DNA of 48,910 nt, taken from the IMG/VR virus record IMGVR_UViG_3300027742_000002, positions 1 through 48,910 of that record; one strand, written 5' to 3'. Shown here piece by piece: positions 6,893 to 14,277 of the stretch. The notes beneath the pieces were generated by a model. That model worked only from the letters and a program-made list of their open reading frames with translations. It was not told the DNA's origin and did not search any database. The stretch is from a virus. How positions within the stretch are numbered: position 1 is the first letter of the stretch; the number at the start of each line of letters is the position of its first letter. Made by a program: the position numbers and the translations under genes.

Positions 6893-7675
6893 ATGGAGTG
6901 GTTAACTCTAGCGGAGAACCTTCCAACGGGCCAGAAACTACGAAAAGATTGTGAATGTGGTGATGGTAAAACACTTGTAATTAACCACACAGTAAAAGGA
7001 TACTCACGATTTTGTTTTAGATGTGATATAGATGACTTCGTTGGTAAGGGTAAACAATCACTTGCTGAGTTAGCAAGGATACGTGAACTAAACGAAGCAG
7101 CAAAATCAATTAAACTAACACTGGAGCTACCACATGACTTTACAAGAGAGATTCCAATACATGGAAGATTGTGGCTATACTCCGGTGGAATCACAGAGTC
7201 AGTCTGGCGAGAGTATGGTATCGGTTATTCAGAAAGCATTGACAGAGTTGTACTCCCTGTATACGACACCAGCAATAACCTTGTATGGTTCCAGTGTAGA
7301 GCGTTACATAAAGGACAAAAACCTAAATATATACAACCAGCAAGAAGTAGAGATAATGAGCTATTTCAAGTCGGATACAGCAAAACAAATCTACAACGAG
7401 TTGTTGTTGTTGAAGACATACTATCAGCAATTAGAGTCGGTAAACACATCCCAACTGTTTCCTTACTTGGAACAAAAATTACAACAGGTCAGGCAGCAAG
7501 ACTGTCAGAATATGAAAAAGTAACTACATGGCTTGATTCAGACCGCGCAGGACGGCGGGGGGCTTACACAATCCGTAAAACAATCGGACTTGTTACAGAG
7601 ATTAATAACATAGTGACAATAAAAGACCCTAAAAAATTAACAGATCAGCAAATAAGAGAAATATTATGCCTATAG
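6893..7675 (+). CDS. DNA primase (T7 gp4 N-terminal type: zinc finger plus TOPRIM), 260 aa
   Basis: A Cys4 zinc motif DCECGDG...FCFRCD is present. TOPRIM-like VVVVEDILSAIRV and WLDSDRAGRRG are present. GAGG lies 8 nt upstream of the ATG. Confidence 0.8.
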   Translation: MEWLTLAENLPTGQKLRKDCECGDGKTLVINHTVKGYSRFCFRCDIDDFVGKGKQSLAELARIRELNEAAKSIKLTLELPHDFTREIPIHGRLWLYSGGITESVWREYGIGYSESIDRVVLPVYDTSNNLVWFQCRALHKGQKPKYIQPARSRDNELFQVGYSKTNLQRVVVVEDILSAIRVGKHIPTVSLLGTKITTGQAARLSEYEKVTTWLDSDRAGRRGAYTIRKTIGLVTEINNIVTIKDPKKLTDQQIREILCL

Positions 7676-8520
7676 CACCACATGAAAATATTGAATTAGA
7701 GTATGTAATGGTAGGATTAAAACCACTTGCATCATTAGAAAAAGATAAACAACCAGATCAATTTGAACGCGCTTTGAAATTAAAGCATGTAGCAAGCGTT
7801 ATGCAACACGACGAGAATTTACTAACAGTAACCAGACGTGAAAATAGTCACTTGCACGAAGTGTTTAAATTACTATCTTCTGAAAGAGCATCAGTAATAG
7901 TTAGATCAGCAGAAGAAAAGCATAGACTACTAGGACGATTGTTCGGTTATTCAGAGACCGACATCGACGAGTTTATTGCAGCAGGGTTAGATTGCGCCTG
8001 TGGGCAGTGTGAGTGGAACAAGGAACCAGAAGAAACAACCAAAACCAAATTACCACAACTGTCAGGGAGAACACAGCAAATACTTATAGATTGGTGCGTA
8101 GATAACTTACTACCTATTCAACCTTTAGCAGAATATAATCCAGAGACCTTAGCGGCACTGAAGAAAGATAGAATGGATGGGGTAATATACGTATTTAGTG
8201 GAGGAAGTAAAAACAACATATTCACTAGCGATCTAGCAATACTATGTTTTAGAGCGTGGCATGACGAAATACATATAAAATACAACCTAGACTTCTCATT
8301 AGACCATGAGTTAATAGTAGCAGCCTTACACGATAAGGAAGCTATTGAAATGGGTATATCTAAAGAGGACGCAAAACTACTATCCTTAGACATTGAGCTT
8401 CATGTACGACACCTACATAAACACGGTGTACACCCAGAGTACCAAACTCAGATGTTGTCTGATTACATGGTCGTGGGTTTAGAGTGTCTCAATAATAACT
8501 ACGGATTAGTAGAGTGGTAG
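7666..8520 (+). CDS. Hypothetical protein (284 aa) between the primase and helicase genes
   Basis: This long ORF is overlap-coupled at both ends. I recognised no motif. Confidence 0.65.
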   Translation: MPIAPHENIELEYVMVGLKPLASLEKDKQPDQFERALKLKHVASVMQHDENLLTVTRRENSHLHEVFKLLSSERASVIVRSAEEKHRLLGRLFGYSETDIDEFIAAGLDCACGQCEWNKEPEETTKTKLPQLSGRTQQILIDWCVDNLLPIQPLAEYNPETLAALKKDRMDGVIYVFSGGSKNNIFTSDLAILCFRAWHDEIHIKYNLDFSLDHELIVAALHDKEAIEMGISKEDAKLLSLDIELHVRHLHKHGVHPEYQTQMLSDYMVVGLECLNNNYGLVEW

Positions 8521-9761
8521 ACTTAGCCCTGCTACGTATAATCAAGTACCGAGAACAATATAATAAAGTTCATCGGTACATACCACGTTCAGCTATTGAC
8601 AAACGTACAAAAGCTGTAACAGACGATATCAGTAAGTACTTCGAGCTGAATGAGGAAGAGCAAGTAATAGACTTCCCATCATTTCGCAGTATGTTCTTTA
8701 CAACTTGGCACAAAGGTATGGCCGAAAGCGATTGCGACTATTACAATACATTAATAGATCGTATGGAAGAAGACGTACCAGAGTCAATTAAGAAGAACAT
8801 TATAAACCAACTACTAGAGTTAGAGTTTGCTACTGATGTCGCTAACGTAGTACAGGAGTATGAACAAGGTGAAGAAATAGAAGTAGTTGTCGCAGTAGAC
8901 AACCTAGTAACACGAGTTAAAGAAACATTAGAAAGAACAGCAGCTACAGAATTCGCTGACTTCGATGATTCCACAATAGGTGGTGACGGAGACGAAGAAG
9001 GATTAGCATGGTGTTTACCAATAATGAACGACCACTATCGTAAAATACAAGGTGGCGACCAATACATTATTGCAGCAAGACCAGGAAAAGGTAAGACATC
9101 GTTCTTAACATTCCTTAACTGGAGTATGGCACAACAGATGCCAGATAATAAGGTTATCGTGTGGTTCAACAACGAATCAAGACGACAACGTATTATGTCA
9201 CGACAAATTATGTCAGCTTTAAATGCAAGTAACGTAACACTAGCAGAAAAGCAAAGAGCAGGTACATTACGTGACGAGTACATAGAAGCAATGGGTTCAC
9301 CAGATCGTGTACGAGTATACGATATACATGGTAAAAACAACTTCCATCTTGAAGAGATACTTGAAGGTATTGGGATAGATAATGTAGGAGCTATCGTATT
9401 AGATATGCTTGACAATGTGAAATTCCCAACTCGTAAGGATATACGTGAAGATCAGAAGTTAGAACAACTATACCAATGGTCGCGTGAACTAGGTGTGAAG
9501 TATAACTGCCCAGTGTTCCCTACAAGTCAGATAAGTAACGAGGGTACAGGTCTTATGTTCCCATCAGAGAATATGTTGAAAGACAGTAAGACAGGTAAAC
9601 AAGGTGCGTGTGATGGGATTATTATGTTGGGTTCATCCGCTGATCCATTATTACAAAACAAACGTGGTATTAGTATGCCAAAAACCAAATCAAAGAAAGA
9701 GGGTATGCCTGATCTACGAGAGGAAATAACATTCGATGCAGATCGGGGAAGATTTATATGA
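8514..9761 (+). CDS. DnaB/T7 gp4-type replicative DNA helicase (415 aa, GTG start)
   Basis: Walker A is IIAARPGKGKTSFL and Walker B-like is AIVLDMLD. The ORF starts at a GTG that overlaps the upstream stop. Confidence 0.8.
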   Translation: MVDLALLRIIKYREQYNKVHRYIPRSAIDKRTKAVTDDISKYFELNEEEQVIDFPSFRSMFFTTWHKGMAESDCDYYNTLIDRMEEDVPESIKKNIINQLLELEFATDVANVVQEYEQGEEIEVVVAVDNLVTRVKETLERTAATEFADFDDSTIGGDGDEEGLAWCLPIMNDHYRKIQGGDQYIIAARPGKGKTSFLTFLNWSMAQQMPDNKVIVWFNNESRRQRIMSRQIMSALNASNVTLAEKQRAGTLRDEYIEAMGSPDRVRVYDIHGKNNFHLEEILEGIGIDNVGAIVLDMLDNVKFPTRKDIREDQKLEQLYQWSRELGVKYNCPVFPTSQISNEGTGLMFPSENMLKDSKTGKQGACDGIIMLGSSADPLLQNKRGISMPKTKSKKEGMPDLREEITFDADRGRFI

Positions 9762-10057
9762 AAGATAAGAATATAGAATCAATAGAATCATTACCAATAC
9801 GTACATTGTACCAAGCTGCTATGTGTATAGATGATAGAGCAGAACAAAGGGACGTAGAAGGTGAGCGTTCAATGGAAGCAACGGTTGGAGCATTTAATCA
9901 AATGTTTGACACAAATTTAACAGAAGAGCAAGGCTGGCACTTTATGGTATTGCTAAAAATGGCAAGATCAAAAGGTGGTAAATACCGCCAAGATGATTAC
10001 GTTGATGGTGCAGCTTATTTCGCTCTAGCAGGAGAGAGTAGACATGATAGTATTTAA
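9758..10057 (+). CDS. Hypothetical protein (99 aa)
   Basis: An ATGA overlap links it to the helicase stop. Confidence 0.6.
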   Translation: MKDKNIESIESLPIRTLYQAAMCIDDRAEQRDVEGERSMEATVGAFNQMFDTNLTEEQGWHFMVLLKMARSKGGKYRQDDYVDGAAYFALAGESRHDSI

Positions 10058-10262
10058 ACGAGTAACACAAGACGGTGACGAAATTGAAATTGGAGTACCG
10101 TTAACAAACATATCAGAAGTTTCACCACATAAAGAAGTGAAAGATCGAGTGTGGGTAAAGTATTGGAACGGTTCAGAGATTCGTTCAATGGTAGTAATTG
10201 GTACTGTTGAAGAGATCGCAGTAGATGTGCGTCGTGCTAGACATGGTGGGACTATACTATGA
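10044..10262 (+). CDS. Hypothetical protein (72 aa)
   Basis: The ORF is overlap-coupled on both sides. Confidence 0.55.
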   Translation: MIVFKRVTQDGDEIEIGVPLTNISEVSPHKEVKDRVWVKYWNGSEIRSMVVIGTVEEIAVDVRRARHGGTIL

Positions 10263-10915
10263 TCGAATACCTAGAACACGCGGGTAGCGACAATAGTATC
10301 GCTAACACAGCACGTGTATCAATGCAATTTGATACTAATTGGAATGAGTTACCAGATGGTTACACAGACTTAGAAAGAGATAGTCTTATACGGTATCTAG
10401 CAACGAATGAGCACACAAGCCCATTCAGGCACACATCGATAACAATCCGTGTGAACTTACCAATATTCCTAGCACGACAACTAGGTAAACATCAAGTAGG
10501 TCTTTCATGGAACGAAGTATCTCGGCGGTATGTTGATGAAGAACCATCCTTTTGGAAACCAGCGCAATGGCGAGGTAGACCTGATGGAAGTATCAAACAA
10601 GGTAGCTCAGAAGACCTACCAGAAGATACACAAAATATCGTAGATGATGTATACATGAACGCGCTAGACATATGTGAAGGCGCGTACCAAAACATGCTAG
10701 AGAATGGTGTTGCACCAGAACTGGCACGTATGGTGTTACCACAATCAATGGAAACACAAATCATATGGACAGGTTCTTTAATGGCTTTCGCGCACGTGTA
10801 TAACCTACGATCAGATAGCCATGCACAAGTAGAAGCACAAGACTTCGCAGCAGAACTGGACTATGTGATACGTCCATTATTTCCTGTAGCTTGGGAAGCA
10901 CTAACAAGTAAATAA
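10259..10915 (+). CDS. thyX: ThyX-like flavin-dependent thymidylate synthase with a divergent signature (218 aa)
   Basis: It contains HTSPFRHTSITIRV and then QLGKHQVGLSWNEVSRRY. This matches the ThyX signature RHRxxSxxxxSxRY, except that RHR is replaced by KHQ. Confidence 0.65.
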   Translation: MIEYLEHAGSDNSIANTARVSMQFDTNWNELPDGYTDLERDSLIRYLATNEHTSPFRHTSITIRVNLPIFLARQLGKHQVGLSWNEVSRRYVDEEPSFWKPAQWRGRPDGSIKQGSSEDLPEDTQNIVDDVYMNALDICEGAYQNMLENGVAPELARMVLPQSMETQIIWTGSLMAFAHVYNLRSDSHAQVEAQDFAAELDYVIRPLFPVAWEALTSK

Positions 10916-10928
10916 AACGGAGAAATAG

Positions 10929-12797
10929 ATGGATAAACAAACATCGACACAAATACTTAGTGATATAACAGTATTCAACAAATACGCTAAGTATGTCCCA
11001 GATAAAGAAAGACGTGAGTCGTGGGAAGAGTTAGTAACACGAAACATGAATATGCACATTGAGAAATATCCGACTATAGAAGACGAGATTAGATCAGCAT
11101 ATGATTATGTCTATAAGAAGCAAGTGCTTCCAAGTATGAGGTCATTACAATTTAGTGGTAGACCTATCGAGTTAGCACATAATCGTATATACAACTGTGC
11201 GTATTTACCAATTGACCATATCGACGCATTCAGCGAACTTATGTTCATGCTACTTGGTGGCACAGGTGGAGGTTACTCAGTACAATCACACCATGTAGAG
11301 AAACTGCCACGTGTAGTAGGTACACGGCAAGAGAGTAGACGTTTCTTAGTTGGTGATAGTATAGAAGGTTGGGCAGACGCTATAAAAGTATTAGTAGAAG
11401 CACACTTCTTAGGTAAACAACATCCTGAGTTCGATGTACGTGATATACGTCCAAAGGGAGCAGAGTTGATTACAACAGGTGGTAAAGCACCTGGGCCTGA
11501 TCCGCTTAAACATTGTTTAGTAAAGTTAGAGAAGTTACTAAATACTAAACGTGGTGAGTACTTACGACCAATAGATGTACACGACATATGTTGTATTATA
11601 GCAGATGCAGTACTTGCTGGCGGTATACGAAGAGCAGCTTTAATTAGTCTATTCGACAGATTCGACGAGCAAATGCTCACGTGTAAATCAGGTGAGTGGT
11701 GGGAAGATAATCCACATAGAGGTAGAGCAAACAACTCTGCCGTACTACCACGTGGTGAAGTAACAAAAGAAGAATTCATGACACTTATGCGAAAAGTAGA
11801 GCATAGTGGATGTGGTGAGCCAGGAATATACTGGACGAGTAACATAGATTGGGGTACTAATCCATGTTGTGAGATCGGTTTACGTCCATATCAGTTTTGT
11901 AACCTCTGTGAAGTTAATGCCTCTGATGTTTCAAGCCAACAGGACTTGAATAAGCGAGCTAAAGCAGCCGCCTTCATTGGTACATTACAAGCAGGTTACA
12001 CTGATTTCCACTACCTCCGTCCTCAGTGGAAAGAAACCACGGAGAAAGACGCGTTGATTGGCGTTGGCATGACGGGGATCGGTAGTGGAACAGTATTACA
12101 GTACGACTTGAGAGAAGCAGCAGAAGCAGTTATTGCGGAGAACGAAAGAGTAGCGAAACTCATCGGTATCAACGCAGCAGCACGAACTACTACTGTTAAA
12201 CCAAGTGGTACATCATCCTTAGTCTGTGGAAGTGCGTCAGGTATACATGCTTGGCATAACGATTATTACATCAGACGCATGAGGCTAGGGAAAGACGAGG
12301 AACTATATAAGTACCTTGTTAAAAAGATTCCAGAGTTAGTGGAAGATGACATCATGGTGGAGAATGGGGCTATCGCTTCATTCCCACAGAAAGCACCAGA
12401 AGGTTCTATATTACGACACGAAACACCATCAGAATTGTTGGAGCGTGTACGAATATTTAATTTAGACTGGGTACGTCACGGACACAACAATGGTGATAAT
12501 ACACACAACGTCTCCTGTACAATATCTGTAAAGGATGATGAATGGGGACTTGTGGCAGAATGGATGTGGAACAACCGTAACGATTATAACGGAATTTCAC
12601 TACTATCATATAATGGTGGAACCTATCAACAGGCTCCATTTGAAGATATAACCAAAGAGAAATTTGAGGAACTTGAAAAGCACCTAAACGACATTGATCT
12701 AGGGAGTATCTATGAAACAGAGAATAACACAGACCTGCAAGGTGAAATAGCTTGTGCAGGTGGTATGTGTGAGATAGATTTTACACCAACAAAATAA
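10929..12797 (+). CDS. nrdJ: Class II (adenosylcobalamin-dependent) ribonucleotide reductase (622 aa)
   Basis: The active-site segment GTNPCCEIGL matches the class II NPCxEI thiyl-Cys motif. A C-terminal Cys pair, CAGGMCE, is present. The size fits a monomeric NrdJ. Confidence 0.8.
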   Translation: MDKQTSTQILSDITVFNKYAKYVPDKERRESWEELVTRNMNMHIEKYPTIEDEIRSAYDYVYKKQVLPSMRSLQFSGRPIELAHNRIYNCAYLPIDHIDAFSELMFMLLGGTGGGYSVQSHHVEKLPRVVGTRQESRRFLVGDSIEGWADAIKVLVEAHFLGKQHPEFDVRDIRPKGAELITTGGKAPGPDPLKHCLVKLEKLLNTKRGEYLRPIDVHDICCIIADAVLAGGIRRAALISLFDRFDEQMLTCKSGEWWEDNPHRGRANNSAVLPRGEVTKEEFMTLMRKVEHSGCGEPGIYWTSNIDWGTNPCCEIGLRPYQFCNLCEVNASDVSSQQDLNKRAKAAAFIGTLQAGYTDFHYLRPQWKETTEKDALIGVGMTGIGSGTVLQYDLREAAEAVIAENERVAKLIGINAAARTTTVKPSGTSSLVCGSASGIHAWHNDYYIRRMRLGKDEELYKYLVKKIPELVEDDIMVENGAIASFPQKAPEGSILRHETPSELLERVRIFNLDWVRHGHNNGDNTHNVSCTISVKDDEWGLVAEWMWNNRNDYNGISLLSYNGGTYQQAPFEDITKEKFEELEKHLNDIDLGSIYETENNTDLQGEIACAGGMCEIDFTPTK

Positions 12798-12811
12798 CCA
12801 ACGGAATAAGT

Positions 12812-13168
12812 ATGGATAACAAGACATTTACACAAGACGCATTACGAACAGAATCACCGCACTACTATCCTCAGAACACACGTATAACACACGCAGCATT
12901 TGGTTTAGTAACAGAAGCAGGTGAGTTATTAGACGCATTAAAAAAGTCAATGTTCTACGGGCGGGAACTAGATGTAACAAACATTAAAGAAGAGGCTGGT
13001 GACATTCTATGGTACTTAGCAATATTGTTTGATGAAATTGGTACTGATTTTGAAACAGAACAAGCCCGTGTAATCGCTAAACTACGAGCAAGGTTCCCAG
13101 AGAAGTTCACAGAGCGATCTGCGTTTGTACGTGACTTACCCAAAGAACGTCAAGTATTGGAGGAATAA
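12812..13168 (+). CDS. mazG: MazG-like nucleoside triphosphate pyrophosphohydrolase (118 aa)
   Basis: The metal-binding helices EAGELLDALKK and EEAGDILWYLAILFDEIG are present. Confidence 0.8.
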   Translation: MDNKTFTQDALRTESPHYYPQNTRITHAAFGLVTEAGELLDALKKSMFYGRELDVTNIKEEAGDILWYLAILFDEIGTDFETEQARVIAKLRARFPEKFTERSAFVRDLPKERQVLEE

Positions 13169-13515
13169 TGTTAGGTATAGTATACGCAGCAACCTATGCA
13201 CACGCAGAAATATTACGTAGAAAAGAATTACTAGAAAGACAGTACAGACAATACGTCACGGTATGTAGAAGTGTACAAATACCATATGTGACAAAGCAAG
13301 AATTTAAAGAAGCACAAGAAAGATTCAAAGAACACTCAGAGTTAAACATACCTACACCACAAGAAGCTGCAAGAATAGAGCAAAGACTATTCGCAAAACA
13401 TGAAGCCAAACGTAAGGAGTGGGAAAAGTATTCAGAGTACTTGTCAATTTGTAATACTATGGGTGTAGAGCCAATTAATAAAGAGCAATATGACTTAGCA
13501 CGAGGAGTATTATGA
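13168..13515 (+). CDS. Hypothetical protein (115 aa)
   Basis: The ORF is coupled to its neighbours (TAATG junction). Confidence 0.6.
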   Translation: MLGIVYAATYAHAEILRRKELLERQYRQYVTVCRSVQIPYVTKQEFKEAQERFKEHSELNIPTPQEAARIEQRLFAKHEAKRKEWEKYSEYLSICNTMGVEPINKEQYDLARGVL

Positions 13516-13907
13516 AACAAAGTTATTCAATACCAACAACAAAACACTTTAACCCAGTAAGTGACCCAAAGATGGTTTGTACTTGTTGTGGTGGGGGTGG
13601 ATTAAGTATTACCATATTGATTTTGTTAGAACTACTAAAACAACATTTCAACGGTAAAGCAGTAATAATCCACTCAGGAGCACGTTGTGCAAAACATAAC
13701 GCACAAGAAGGTGGTGCTAAAAACAGCGAACATAAGTTTACTGAGGAAGAACCACTAGTGGATGTAGCAGATATTCATATAGAAGGTGTATCGCCACAAG
13801 AACTGTATATGTTTGTTAAGTCTTTACCATTCGCAAACTTACTAGGGATTGGTAAATACAAAACATTCGTACATGTTGACACACGTGGCTATGCTGCGAG
13901 GTGGTAA
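13512..13907 (+). CDS. Peptidase M15 family (zinc D-Ala-D-Ala / L-Ala-D-Glu peptidase-like), candidate endolysin (131 aa)
   Basis: IIHSGARCAKHNAQEGGAKNSEH ... VDVADIHI ... FVHVDTR fits the M15A pattern SGyRC..hN...GG...S.H ... D ... HvD. Confidence 0.7.
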   Translation: MKQSYSIPTTKHFNPVSDPKMVCTCCGGGGLSITILILLELLKQHFNGKAVIIHSGARCAKHNAQEGGAKNSEHKFTEEEPLVDVADIHIEGVSPQELYMFVKSLPFANLLGIGKYKTFVHVDTRGYAARW

Positions 13908-14277
13908 GATAAATTGTCTAGTAAGACGTTAAAACCGTGACTAATAACACGAAAACATGCGTAGGGCGTGAGACGCTAGTCTGCTAATGACTATAAACTT
14001 TGGGTCAGACAAGACCTTAACACCCGATAGACAGTCGGATTTGTCCGTGTGTGGATCGTTACACGTAAAAGAGGAACCACTGACCTACAGTATAATAGGA
14101 GTGGCAGGGATTAGTTTATCGTAGGGATGAACTTGGACACTTTAAACAGGCTCGACTGGTGGCGCAGTATAAAACGCCTTAATTACGAAGTAGCACTCCA
14201 GCTACGGTCTCCTTCACTGTATGGCAATTACATTAAGGCTTGGGAGTGCTACCCCGTAATTAAATGAGGGAAAGTAA
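13908..14277 (+). other. 370-bp gap with extensive RNA-type complementarity upstream of the DNA polymerase gene (possible structured leader or ncRNA)
   Basis: There is no ORF of 60 aa or more. TTAATTACG-aa-GTAGCACTCC at 14179..14199 pairs with GGAGTGCTAC-cc-CGTAATTAA at 14243..14263. An alternative pairing joins GCCTTAAT (14176..14183) with ATTAAGGC (14232..14239). Several 4 to 5 bp hairpins lie upstream. Only two short ORFs are present (13987..14124 and 14127..14267), both with poor RBS. Confidence 0.4.

Noticed and set aside
6481-6954. Track ORFs 6481..6726 (81 aa, GTG start) and 6760..6954 (64 aa) in the gap before the primase gene
   Set aside because: They overlap one another, the 6645..6827 ORF and the primase start. 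6481..6726 runs through the direct repeats and has an implausible sequence. Neither has a convincing RBS. Only 6645..6827 is kept, at low confidence.
11273-11845. 190-aa minus-strand ORF inside the RNR gene, and similar long antisense ORFs such as 1613..2074, 14808..15341, 29557..29961, 35767..36159 and 47633..48013
   Set aside because: They lie wholly inside strongly supported + strand genes (RNR, RNAP1, DNA polymerase, tubular protein B, gp16-like) and have Ser/Cys/Leu-rich shadow-type composition. I recognised no motifs or RBS support.
13908-14277. tRNA or group I intron in the gap upstream of the DNA polymerase gene
   Set aside because: I could not build a cloverleaf. There is no GTTCRANNC-type T-loop with a 5-bp stem and 7-nt loop; the nearest hairpin, CGTGT..ACACG, has a 10-nt loop. 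I saw no recognisable intron core elements. The polymerase ORF downstream is intact and complete, including its Exo I motif.
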